From positions 620,001 through 684,000 of the forward strand of contig MU057701.1 in NCBI GenBank assembly GCA_013265495.1: a stretch of 64,000 nucleotides of DNA, read 5' to 3'. The stretch is from Vicugna vicugna. Taxonomy: Eukaryota. The notes beneath the pieces were generated by a model, which was not told the origin of the DNA, did no database searches, and saw only the letters and a list, made by a program, of their open reading frames with translations. A program made the position numbers and the translations under genes. Below, piece by piece: positions 52,068-64,000 of this stretch. Positions within the stretch are counted from its first letter, which is position 1; every line of letters begins with the position of its first letter.

Positions 52068-52080
52068 CAATCTAATTTTT

Positions 52081-52850
52081 ACAGACAAAATTATTATTGA
52101 AAGGCATCACCAAGACCTAAATACATGATAAATATGTTTTCATGGTTAGGAAGACTAAATATAATAAGGAAGTAAATTATTTCCCAAATTAATCTCCAAA
52201 TTCAGTGTAATTCCAATCAAAACCCTGACAGGATTGTCATAAAATTGATTGTAAAAATTCAAATGGATAATAAAATAAAATGTCCAACAAATTTTGAACA
52301 AAGACCAAGGAAGAAGACTCATCATACCAGACAGCATAACTGTATTAAGTGTGGTATTGGCACAGATAGAAATGGACTGAAATTGATAATGGGAGCTTGA
52401 TACATGGTAGTTAAGGCATCTTAAATCAGTGAGGGGAAAAGATAAATTTTTCAGAAAATGGCATTAGGTCAGTTGACATTTCATATGGAAAAAGTAAAAT
52501 ATTAGATCCCTACCTCACTCCACATTAAAAAAAGAAATGAACTCCAAAAGGAGTTTACAAGCCTAAGTGTGGAAAACCATTAAAATCATTTAAGAATATA
52601 TTGCTTATGGATACATTTACATATTGTACAAAATATAACGTTTATAAAAATACGGACCAGCTTCACAACAAGTTTATGATAGCTGTCAGCCTGGAGTAGA
52701 AGGGGAAAGGATTTCAACTTTAAATGTGAACCTTTCTTAAAAAAAATAGAGGGGGGGGAATTGGAATCAAATATGGTAAAATTTTTGCATATGTTCATTT
52801 TGAGTGGTGACTTGTGGCAGTTTGTTACATGATTCTTGGTATTCTTCTGA
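52081..52850 (+). mobile_element. Ancient L1 ORF2 remnant
   Basis: catggttaggaagact...attccaatcaaaaccc...taaaattgatt.taaaaattca...gtgtggtattggcaca...agatccctacctcactcca. Confidence 0.65.
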
Positions 52851-55800
52851 ACGTTGGCCTTTTGAGGTTCGGGAAAAAATACTCATCTAACTCTTCTGTT
52901 CCATGAGACTCAAACCTCTTCTATTTTCTGTGATCCATCCTCAGTTCCTGTCACTTTGCAATTGATTCCCAAATGTTTGGCTTTTCCCCCTCTCATAAGA
53001 GACCTAATTACTGTGGGAAAACAGTATGCTTCACTAAAAAAAAAAAACAAGGCACAGCTTTTCTGTTTATTTATCTAGAGCTTTGTGTTTATATTTGTTG
53101 AGCCCAGTTGTTGGTACCTCAGTGATGGATTGCTTACAACAGATGGTGACCAACAACCTTTGGGTCTTGGAGCCATTTGGATGAGGACACTTTAGGAACC
53201 TGCCAAAAACTAGCGGCTGGCCAGGCCCATTTAGCAGGATGGTGTGCTAGATTCAGAGAGCTCACTCGCCTTGGACCAAGCAGAGTCTAAAGCAGAGCCC
53301 TGGAGCTCAGTGGTAATGAGACTTCATTGTTCTGAATTCCCCAACAGTGAAAAGGGGAAAATGGTGTCCACTTCAGAGAATGATTGGGAGGACTCACTGA
53401 GATGATGCATGTCAAATATCCCATAACAGTGGTTCTTTTCTCCTCTTTAACTTGAGTTATGCTTCATGGAAACGACTTCAGAGAGACTCTTGCAGCTACA
53501 AAATCTACAAGTGGAGAAATTAACTGGGGGAGTACTTTTGGAGGGAAGGTGCTAAGTTCTCACATTTGCAAAGCCTGCAGCCCCTACTCCTTTTCCACCA
53601 TCCTGGATGGGGCATCCTCAGGCATAAGTTGGGAAGTCCCATATTTCTGGGAGCTTTTGAGTTCACTCTTCCAAGATGGAGGACGGAGTGGTCACTGGCT
53701 GGAGTCTTGGACCCTCTGCCTCGGGGCCTCCTGAGTGGAAGTTCTAGTTTCAGAACCAATCTTTCCTTGGTTGTCACTCACCCGGAGGGGATCCTGATTG
53801 GTACTTCTTGACCCCAAGAGGTGACAGCCACCTGTCCTGTTGCTCCACAGTAACTCATCAACCAGATAGAGGCAGAATGGTAAAGGGATGAAGGCAGCAA
53901 GCACTGGAGTCAGACCAGTTGGGTTTGATTCCTGAGTCAGTCACTTAGCAGCTGGTTAAGGCATGTTATTCATCTCTTTAATAGTATTTCCTACTCATCG
54001 GGTACCTGTGAAGATTAAATGTGTTAATCACGAAAAGCACTCAGAACAGTCATGCTCAACGTGTTACTGTTATTGGTGCTTCCATATTTCACCAAGCCTA
54101 AGGTGGCCACAAAAACGAAACATGTGCTCAAGTCGATGGCAGCATTTTTCTTTTCTGGTGGCATAACTGGTAGTGTCTTAGATTCAGTGCATTCAGCCTG
54201 AGACCTTCTCCTACACAGGATGCTGAGATGTCTGAATGGTGAATTTCAGCCCTGAAGAGTGTCTGCATATAAAGTGCAGACAACGTACTGGATTCTGCCA
54301 AGGAAAAATCATTGAATAAATAAGCTCTTCAGTCATTCAGGCCTCGAAGGTTGTTTGTTAACTTTTTCTAGGGCACTGATCTGCTTCCTAGGGATGCAAA
54401 GGACTTGCAGAGCCCCCAAAACAGAGCACTTGCATCTTCTCACTCATGGGTTCAGAGCCATCATCTTTATAAGATGGATTTCTCTCCAAAATCCCTGGAA
54501 GTCACCTATCAGATAAACACCTTCAAGGACAAAGTCTCCGCTGGTATTTTAGTCTTTTTAAAAAACTGGGGCAAGGGGATGATGGTAGCAGCTGACCTTA
54601 TGGAAAAGAAGTTAATGATTTCCAGTGGATGTGGTTTCAAAGCAGTTTTTTTTTTTCCTTTTGATGCACTGAAAGCGTTGCTTCCATCTGCTCCTCTGCT
54701 TGCACACAGGCTCTGCGTTGTAACCAAGCAGCGTGTCAGCTGTTGCCCACCAAATTCTGTGCTTGATCTTTTGAGGCTAATAGTAATTCTGTCGGAACAA
54801 TACTAAGCTGTTAAACCATATTTAAATCACGTTTTCCCACTAATACCTATCGAAGACCTGTTTATAGTCCATCAGGCTTTACAGCCATTTGGTACATAAA
54901 CTTAGTAAATAAAAACTTCATGGAGCTGCATCTGAAAATCTATCATCTTGTTTCCAGCCCTTTAAGGAGACAGTCATAAATACTTTTGGAAGATGCAGAC
55001 GATTATGTGGAGTAATTTTAATTTTCTTTGGCTATGCCAATCAGATTATTAATAAATAGATGTTGAAAAGCATCAACTAACTGCCATCGTGGAGGAGGTA
55101 CTCAGCAGTGAAACCGAGTAATTGGCTTTTTGGTGCTGAAATGTTTTATTATCACTCATATCTAGGTTCAGAGGGAATCTGAAATCTGTCATAAGTTTGA
55201 GTTTGTTATTAACTCAACTTCACCTTGGTTGGCATGTCAAAACTAGAGTGAAATATTGAAGTGAAATATGAAACATATTAAGGAAGGGCCTCAGGAAGGA
55301 AGGACAGTGGAAGGATTGATTTTTTCCCCAGTAACTTAATTTTGATCTATGGGTGAAACCTTGTTTTCAGCACCCAGCTAAATTTGCTTAGAACCATCTG
55401 GGTCTCTTGAAATAGATGATATTAAACCAGATACACCAGTTGCACACATGGTATGCCTTTGTTTTGTAACAGTTTGGAGTAGAAAACAGTATTACTTGAA
55501 AAAAAAACTAGTCATGTGATACCCAGGGCGACTTAATAGTCTACTTGGGCTAAGAGTTCATATATACCTGCACTGCTTCCTCTTTCTAAGATTTCTGATT
55601 TTAGTTGGAAAATCTTTCTGCTGGGAAAAAATTCTCTCTTATACGATTAAGGATACGAGATTAATTAGTGACTCTCTCCGGGCACAGATTTTTGAGAGTT
55701 TTGTTTTTTGCCAGATTTGTTCTCTAGCTGCCCTGAAGTCTGTGCCTTCTAGTACATACTTTGTAAGTTTGCACCATGGGGTGTTGAGGAACAGAATGCA

Positions 55801-56449
55801 CAACGGGTAAAAATTATCGTTACTCACTTGTGCAAATAGGAATGTCTAACATAAAGGACATTTCCAGCTCTGCGTGCTTTATCTTATACCACGCCAGTGA
55901 CCCTACAGATAACAGGTGTTTAGTTACATTGGACAAAGTCAAGAAGTGGTTCTTGGGTTAAAACATTCAGGGACTTTGACATGTTTCTCCTGCTGTGAAG
56001 TTTGCAGGTAATGTACTTGAAGAGTCCTACAATGTCTCAAGGGCAGACAGCACCAGCCTTGAGAGATGCAGCAGCTGGAGCTGATTTCAGCAGACCTAGA
56101 TTTACCCGTGTTGTTCCCAGTCATTATTCTAAACTGACAAGGATGTAAAGTTGTCTTGTTTGAAGGCTGTTTCTTTGGGTGTTCCTTATTCCCTAGAGGC
56201 GTAGTAAATTCTTATGTTTTAAAAATTCTTCCCTCTGGATTTTCCTTACCCACTTGGGTCAGTTTTTTAAATGATAACGAATGTTCTGAATTAAATAATT
56301 GATAAAAGCCACATGTCACAGTGCTTACAGGTAATAGAGCTTTAGTAAATGTTATCTTCCTTGATCCTTTTGTTGAAACTTCCCAGTGGGAAAACTGAGA
56401 AGTCCATTGTTTTGCCTTGAAAAGAGAGGATGATCGCAGTAGAGCATTA

Positions 56450-57420
56450 ATTTATTGTACAAGAAACATTTGTTGCACATCTATTTTGTACCAGGAGTTG
56501 TCGGTTTGGGGAGGCAAGTAGTGTCATTGCAGCGTGATATGATAGGTTTGACAGAGAACACAGGGTGGGAGGTGAAACTGGGAAGAAAGGCAGGATTGTT
56601 TTTCGGTGAGCAAACAGGAGACTTGCAGTAGATCAGATGAGAGAGAATGCAGCCCAAAATTTAAAGCAGTGACAGAAGAGGGTTAATTAGGAAGAGGGAG
56701 AAACGTTGGTGTCTAAAAGGATTTGGGAATGGGTTGGGACGACGGGCTCAGGGGTCTGCGATGATTTGAATTTTTATCATGGGTCAGTGGTAATGTCCCC
56801 AACTAAGACAAGGAATGTTTTTAAGTGGTTTAGGAGAGGTTGATGAGTGCAGTTTTGGTCCCACTGAGTTTGAAGTGCTCATGGAAAATTTAGTGAAAAT
56901 AACTGGTAAGAAATTGGACATAGAAATCCAAAGCTGAGCCCCAGAGATCCAGACTTGGAACTCATACAGCAAAGGCAGTTTGAAGCCGTGGGAAAAGAGG
57001 CTTACACAAAAGATATGTGAGGGATAAAGCGAAAAGACGGGTAAAGGTGGAACCTGTGGGAATATCGACATTTAAGGGGAAGCAAATGGAAGAGCATCCC
57101 ATAAAGGTGGATGAGAAAGAGCTCCTGGAGAGGCAGGAGGAGAATCGGGACGCTAGGGGGTCACCACAGCCCAGGAAAGAGAGAATGCCAAGAAAGAAAG
57201 TGTCACCAATGAGAATAGCAACGGAATTCAGGAACACAGAATTTAAAAGGTCCTGTGAGGCTGAGCAATAAGGAGATAATTGGTGACCTTTATGAAAACT
57301 AGTGAAATGGTGGGGGCAGAACCCAGCCTGCAGTGTAGCAAAGAGGAAGTCTGAGATGGTTGGCTCTGAAAATAAGGAAAGATACTGAATCAGAATGGGA
57401 CTTAGGGTTGAGGGAAGAAG
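56450..57420 (-). mobile_element. L2 fragment
   Basis: gttttggtcccactgagtttgaagtgct...catttaagggg...ttggtgaccttt..gaaa...gaaatggtgggggcagaacccag. ORF 56962-57489 shows decayed L2 RT-like text (LQAGFCPHH). Confidence 0.65.
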
Positions 57421-60400
57421 CCTGTGGAAGACTTCCCATCTTGGTGGAAAACAATTCATGTCCAGGTGCCTCTCTTCTGTCCCAAACACTTAGCAATAAC
57501 AGATAAAATACAAAAAGAGAAAGCCAAAATGATATGGCTAGACTTGTGGATCAGAAACAGGACAGAAACTCAGGAGGGATGGTGGTGTACGGAGGGGCTG
57601 GACTGTGAGTCTTGGGGCAGACTAAGCAGGTGTTTGTGGGTCCCGTGAGGCAGTGGGACTAAAAGTGCTTCATGCAAAACAAGGCACCAGAAGCCAGATT
57701 CAGTGTCTGAAGAGGCTGAAAGCATCTCCACTGGTAAAAGGAGGCTGGAAGCACTTTCTATGACTGCTGCCTGGGCCATGCCTTAAAGTGCTGGTTTCGC
57801 TCTTGGAAGGCAATTGTAAAACCTGATTGATGAGAGGGGTAGGGGATGGGTTAGAGATGGAGAGAGACCGAGAGCACCAACCAAAAAAAAAAAAAAAAAA
57901 AAAAAAAGCAGCAGCTGCTGTCCACTTAAAAAGATGCCCCCAAACCATTTGTTAAGAAAGATAGGCAGTATGATTAAGTCAAAACCCGAATGGAATGCAA
58001 GTGGAAATAATTTTGTAGATGGATCTCATTAGAATAGTACGTTTGTGTTGCTCAAAGGGGAAAATAAGGAAATAATGTCCATTATAAAAGAATGAGAAAT
58101 AAAGAAACAAAAACAAAAAGCAACAAGAACTGAGGATTTGAAAAGGAAGCAATTAGAAATTTGGGGACCTAGTTGCTCAAATCAGAGACTCCACAGATGA
58201 GATAAACTCTAGACATAACTAAAGAGATCATTAGTGAGCTGGAAGATAATACTGAGGTATTACCCAGTTTACAGCACAGAAATATAAAAAAATTTTTTAA
58301 ATAAATAGCTAAAAGGGGAGGCAAGATTGAGAGGTGCCATATGGCTATCTCACAGGAGCAGAAAATAGGAGGAAAGAGCAGAAAAGCAATTTGAAATGAT
58401 CAAAGCTGAGAATTTTCTAGAGTTGAAGGCAGACATGAATCCTCAGATCAAAAATATACTTTGAATAATAATGGTAGCAGATAACACTTACTGAGCATTT
58501 ATGTTCCAGGCACGACTCTATGTCCTTTCATGTATTAATTCATTAATCCTCTAATATCCCTGAGCTAAGAGCATGTTACATGTGAGTTAACTGGAAGAGA
58601 GAGAATGTGTATAACTTGCCCACAGTCACACAGCTAGGTGGTGGCATTTGCTCCCAAGCAGTCTGGCCATCCTCTAAGACCTCTCTAAATACTAAGGTGA
58701 CACGCAGAAATAAAGCCACACCTCGTTGCATTGAAAGGAAACCGCAGAGTATCAAAATCTTTTGAAAAGCTCTTAAAAGCTACTTCAAAGGAAAGATCGC
58801 ATAAAAATGGACAGCAGTAACCTTGACTGCGGATGTCTGATTAGCAATAGATGCAAGAAGTTAATGAGGGAATATGTTTAAAAAGTGAGCCCAGGAAAAT
58901 GCACGGGATACAAAAAACAAACAAGGGCCCACTGATTGATAAAATTTTGTAAATTAACTCTTGACTGAAATACCAAGAGGAAGGAGCCAGCAGGTGAGTG
59001 AGAGTCTGGAAGTAGAAGAGGCTGTTCCCAGAAGTCAGAGGGCGAAAGGTCTTCGTGAGCCCCTGAGATAGAAGGAGAGGGCAGAGGGCAGGGCAGGTAA
59101 GGATGCGTCTACAGGGAGGGGACAGGGAGGCAGAAAGCCACCGGCCTCACGCCTGATGGCCTCTAGTTTCCAGTAATGTGAGAAGAAAGGTCATCTACTG
59201 AAAGGGAAGGAGACAGGAAAAAGGGCTTAAGGAGAACGATGAAGGTCCAAGATAACCTGTGTGGGAAATGGATGAGGGACCCAGCTCCAGAAGAGGAAGA
59301 GGATTACTTGAAAAGTTTGGCAGTCTGGTGATTTGGGAAATCTTGAATGAGTTTGTGCCACCAGCCAAAGTATTTGTGTCATTTTCCCTGCTGTGCTTTG
59401 CAGCGGAGCAGAGGAAAGGGTTGACTTGATGCAGATTTGCTTTCAGGGTGGGTTCAGCAGGGTATGGAAAAGTTGGATGAGAAAGTGAAGGTCATCATGA
59501 GCGTTGAGTCCTGTGGAGGCTCTCGGGGATCAGAATGCTCAGCCAGGTCAAGGAGAAGGGGTCCTGGGAGTGAGAGTGAGAGGACCGAGTCTGAGGTTGG
59601 AAAAAAAGTAACTTGCATTTTCAGATTTCAGAAGTGGACTCATTCTAGGAGGTTCAAGACTGGGTGGGGCTTGAGGAAGCTGGAGGAAGTGGGGACGAGG
59701 CAGAATGGAGGTTAGGGTCATTGGAGGAGACGTAGAAAAGGAATTAGGAGGCTAGGTATGTGGCATTGCCTGGGTTGTCCATGTGGACACCGAGATCACA
59801 AAGACATGGACATGAGTTGGGGTAAAGCAAAACCTGGGGCATGGTCCATGGTGTTCTGTCGAGTGAGGGGTCAGGGTGTCTGGATCAGTGGTCTGTATAT
59901 AATGCTGTTCAGCGTGATTGTGTGGCTAGAAAGCATGAGCCTGGAAGGAGGAGGGGCCTGAAAAGTGCTGATCATTCTACAAGGGACCACTAACCTCTAG
60001 GAATTTTAATATGCTTTTGCATTTTCTCCCAAGGAGTCTTTGTAATCATTTTTGCAAAATGGATTGACTCATGATTCTGAATATGCTGCCTCTTCAATAC
60101 TGAGCTCTGTATTCTGAGGGAGTCCATCACTGCTGCTTCCCGCCTGTGCCCCATGGGGCAGTGGTGTTTGCTGCGTGGCAGACCCTGGGCCACCTCTTAA
60201 CCAGAGCCAGTGGGTTCATTTGGCCAATCTGAGCAGTAATCACAAAATCCAATAGTCCTCTCACACCTTTTCCCCAGGCTCCCAAGTCCAGAATCAAAGC
60301 CACTTGCTGACTTGGGTGGTGATGGTAGGGCCCCATCTAATGGCCCTTTTGCAAAGTACAGGTGGAGCAAGCAAGCTCTCCGCCACCGCCGCACTGCTCA

Positions 60401-60871
60401 GCCAAAGGACGGCAAAGAGAGTAGAGGGTGAACCCGCAGACCCCAACTAGGAAGTGACTTCTTCTTCAAGAGTGGGGAGTCACAGCGATATTAGTGTAGC
60501 AACAATAGTCATAATAACAGTAGTGATGATAGTGATGTGGACGATGGCTGGTATGATGAAGATACCAATACGGATATATGCAGGAACATTTACTGAACAT
60601 GAGCCCAGCATCCTGCTAAGCTGCCTATAGCCATGATCTTATTAAATCTTCACAACTATAATTGTCACCATTTTACAGCTGAGAACTTAGGATTAACGAG
60701 AGCAGGTGGTCTGCCCACCATCAGAACTAGCAAATGTCAGACCTGGGACTTGATTCTGGGTTAGTTTAGCCTCAGAGCACAAGCTCGCGTACAACGAATA
60801 TGCTGTATTTGGCTCTAAAAATAGAATTATAAGACTGTATGTGGAATCTGCTGCCTGAATTGGGGTTTGGG

Positions 60872-61000
60872 TTTTTTTTTAATTTTGTTTTTTATTGAAA
60901 TGTAGTTTATTTACAATGTTAGTTTCAGGTGTACAGCAAAGCGATTCAGTTATACCTATACATATATATATATATAAATACACATATATTTTCAGATTCT
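60872..61000 (-). mobile_element. Short L1 3' terminus, same family as 32940-33335
   Basis: ttttattgaaatgtagtttatttacaatgttagtttcaggtgtacagcaaagcgattcagttata. Confidence 0.8.
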
Positions 61001-64000
61001 AGTCTGAGTTTTTAAAACATGGTTGAAGGTTTACATTTTTATATGTCCAAAAAAATTTTTTTCTCCTTGCAAGTTTTTCAGGGCAGAAAATACTCCTGAA
61101 AGGAATTGTAGTGGTAATGATACCCTTCATCATCTTGGTTTTTTTTTTTTTTAACTCTGTTAGTAGGAATTTTCTCAGAAGTTTAGTGTCTTATAAGGCA
61201 TGTTTATGAACTAGAATAGTCAGGGAAATTGCTTTCCAACCATGTCTTCAGTTTTTGTATATCTTCAAATACGGGTAGTAGGACAGAACTGGGTCATCTT
61301 GAGTCTGGTTCCAATCAGATACCTGGAGATTAGAAGGTGAGGATGTTAACCTCGTAGCAGGATGCTGGTGGCACATGCAGAAGGGGATGAAAATGATCAG
61401 ATTCTGAGAAAAAGAAGTTCTAGGTGGGAACACCACGATAGGAAAGAGAGACTGGCCCCAGAGACAAAGGCAAGGGAAATTATTTATAAATAAAATGAGG
61501 TCAGTGATAAACCTAAGGGCTCCTTGAAGGAGCAAAGTTGAACCGAGAACTCTATTCCTAGAGCCCGATGTCTGAAAAAATTTATGTCTCCTACCTTTTA
61601 GTCCCCACGTGCCTTTCTCAGCTGAGATCAAGTGCCAAAGGACATCTCAAAATACCCACAGCCAAAACTACTCAGCATATCTCACCACATGGAGAGAACG
61701 AAAGCTCTGCAAAAGTCTTTGTCCTGAACTGTTTATGGATTTTCCATAGTCTGCGAGACCTTGGACGTACACTGCCTGCCAACTGGCAGCCACCATCCAG
61801 CCTGGGGACAAACCTTGCCCCCAGTGCTGAAGAGTCTTCCCTGGGTTTATTGTGACTTTCCTCTGTGTTTCATATTTATCCTGAAAACCTCCCCAACTTT
61901 TCTTAATGAAGATTTTAGTTAGGGGAAATTGCATTAGTGGCCTCCTGTATTTCTGTCATCCCTCTCAATTATGTTAGTGGTAAGTAAAGGCAGTACAGTG
62001 AGTCCTTGTATTTGTTGTGGGCTGTGCTTGGGAGTCATAATGGACAATACAATAATAAGTAATGGGCAGGAAGACAGCTCTTAAAACCAGATCAGTAAAC
62101 TCCTCCAGTGCCAGACGGAAAAATGCCTCCTGCAGTTATCAGGAAATCAAGTAAATTCAGCAGGCATTCACAGAGCTCCTGTTAGGTACCAGGTCCCAAG
62201 CCTAACACTGAATATGTAAAGCTGATAGTGTTGTGTATTATCTCGGTTACCATTCACAATATCTCAAGGTAGATATGGTTATAATCAATTTGCAGATGAG
62301 GGCACTGTTGTTGAGAGATGTTTAAATAAATTGCCCAAGGCCACACTATTCATAACTAACAAAACTGAGATCCTCAGTCTTTTGGCTGTGTTCTTTGCTC
62401 TTTCCACACTCCACCTCAACTGCCAAGAAGCAGATCCTGTGGCCAGAGTGGGCCTCAGTGGGAAGCATCAGATGGAACCTTTCCAACCTAAAGTGGCTAT
62501 CTGAATTAATGGAACAATGTGTGATGGGTGAAATGAGGGAACTATTTAGTAGTTTGGTTGAAAAAGTATTCAACAGGTAAACAAGTCTTACATAAATCAT
62601 GGAAAATGGGGTTGGAGAAATGAAAGAAGAGAATAAAGAGATAAAAAATTTTTTTTATCAAGCCTTGAGAGTAAACACTTTCCCCAAATACCTAAGGTGG
62701 TATTTCTCTCTCTATTTTTAATTGCTAAGATAAGTGACCCTTTTTCACCCAAACCCAGATTCAAATGCCTTCCAAGAGATGTTTAGAGAATGAAGCATTG
62801 CATTGAAAATCGCCTTTTCCAAAAAGCACAAAGGAGCACCCTTATATTCAGCCCACACTTGGATGACCAGGTGTGGAGTAAGAACCCTTTGCCTGGAAGA
62901 CTGTTCGTCCATCTCAGAAACATTTTTGAAGCTGAGTTTCATAATGGAAACGCTGACACAACCTATCAGCAACCACGATATTAAACAGGCACGGAGCCAA
63001 CAGCAATGGCTTGGAGCCAGGGAGGAGAGATTAGCATCACAAGGAAGGGATTTTAGGCTCTGAGCCAGGAGAGTTTTTTTCTTTTCACTAAAAAATTATA
63101 ATAAAAAGGGAAAGAACAAAAAAAAACAAAAACAAAAACAAAAAGAGGAAGGTGCACAAGAATTCTTGTTTAGCAGCCCTTTTCCAGGTGGTTCTCCTGG
63201 GATGTCCAGATAAGCACAGAAACAAACACTGTCTCTCTGAAAATTTGGCAGTTGCTTGACCTTAAAATGGTCTTGGCAGAAACCTTTCCAACTTGGCTGT
63301 CCTTAGTTGGCCCATGTGCAGAATGGGGTGCGTTACCTGCACTTGGAGTTGGAGGAAACTCCATTTGAGCAAAATTTGGGGTTACTACCTTCTTGTCCTA
63401 CGGAGCTCTAAGAAAGAAGTGTGCAGGGGATGGAAGCCTGTAGAAGCTGCTTCCTGGGTCATCATAATGGGGCCTGGTAAGACCTCTTGCAAGACTGCAC
63501 TTTTCTGACAAGCTGCTCCCTGTAGGGCACAGCCTTTTGAGCTTTGGGGAGAGGGAGCCAGCCGCAGGACTTCATGATGCCACAGAGCCCAGGTAGCATT
63601 TTTGAGGTGAGCTGTGGGACTGGCCATGCCCATTCCAGGGCACGCAGCACATACTGCTCAGAGCCTGACCACCCTGGATGGGCAGGGTGTTCTCTGCTGC
63701 AAATAACTCTTGAAGCTGGGAGGTGTGCCCAGTTTTCCTGTTAGCAGTTGCTTCTGGCATTTTAGCTGCTTTCTCCAAACCAACAAGAGATTGATTGATT
63801 GATTGTGACTTTCTTTTAAACTTTGCATTTAAAAAATTTCAAACCTGCAGAAAAATTGCAAGGATAACTCAGCTATTCTATACTCACCAGTGGTTAACAT
63901 TTTTCTACATCTGCTTTGTTTCTCTCCACAAATATTAACACATTATTATTTTTTCCAGAACCTTTGAGAGTAAGTTTCTGACGTCATGACCCTTCACCCT

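Noticed and set aside
138..63778. The many 60-177 aa ORFs in the six-frame track
   Set aside because: Apart from those overlapping PITPNC1 exons (11326-11565, 23910-24185) and decayed L1/L2 frames, they have no recognisable domain or splice context and are of the length expected by chance in intronic DNA.
43435..64000. Search for the next PITPNC1 exon (IFD.EAKD.EREVCFIDIA-like peptide)
   Set aside because: Not found by eye or in the ORF track; intron 5 appears to continue beyond the window.
1..64000. CRISPR arrays, operons, defence or other prokaryote-type systems
   Set aside because: The sequence is mammalian intron/exon DNA, with no regularly spaced repeat-spacer arrays or gene-dense organisation.

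Overview
Mammalian genomic DNA, probably a camelid (inferred from tRNA-derived SINEs resembling the camelid vic-1 family). The whole 64 kb window lies inside one + strand gene, PITPNC1 (class II phosphatidylinositol transfer protein, RdgB-beta). It holds four coding exons: 11413-11561, 23963-24051, an 8-nt micro-exon at 25246-25253 that the ORF track misses, and 43363-43434. Spliced, they encode YKIGQLYMISKHSHEQ...YPYTITEYTCSFLPKF...KGSNDS, about aa 17-122; exon numbers 2-5 are inferred from recall of the human gene. The rest is intron, dense in L1, L2, MIR, MaLR/ERV LTR, hAT MITE and SINE relics, several with visible target-site duplications (TSDs) and nesting. The most notable items are the frame-critical micro-exon, a ~788-bp near-identical tandem duplication, an older ~65-bp duplicated motif module, a heat-shock-element cluster, and inverted L1 3' ends flanking exons 3-4. 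I see no evidence of a new multi-gene system. Almost all listed ORFs are spurious, and repeat family names come from visual recognition, not a database search.
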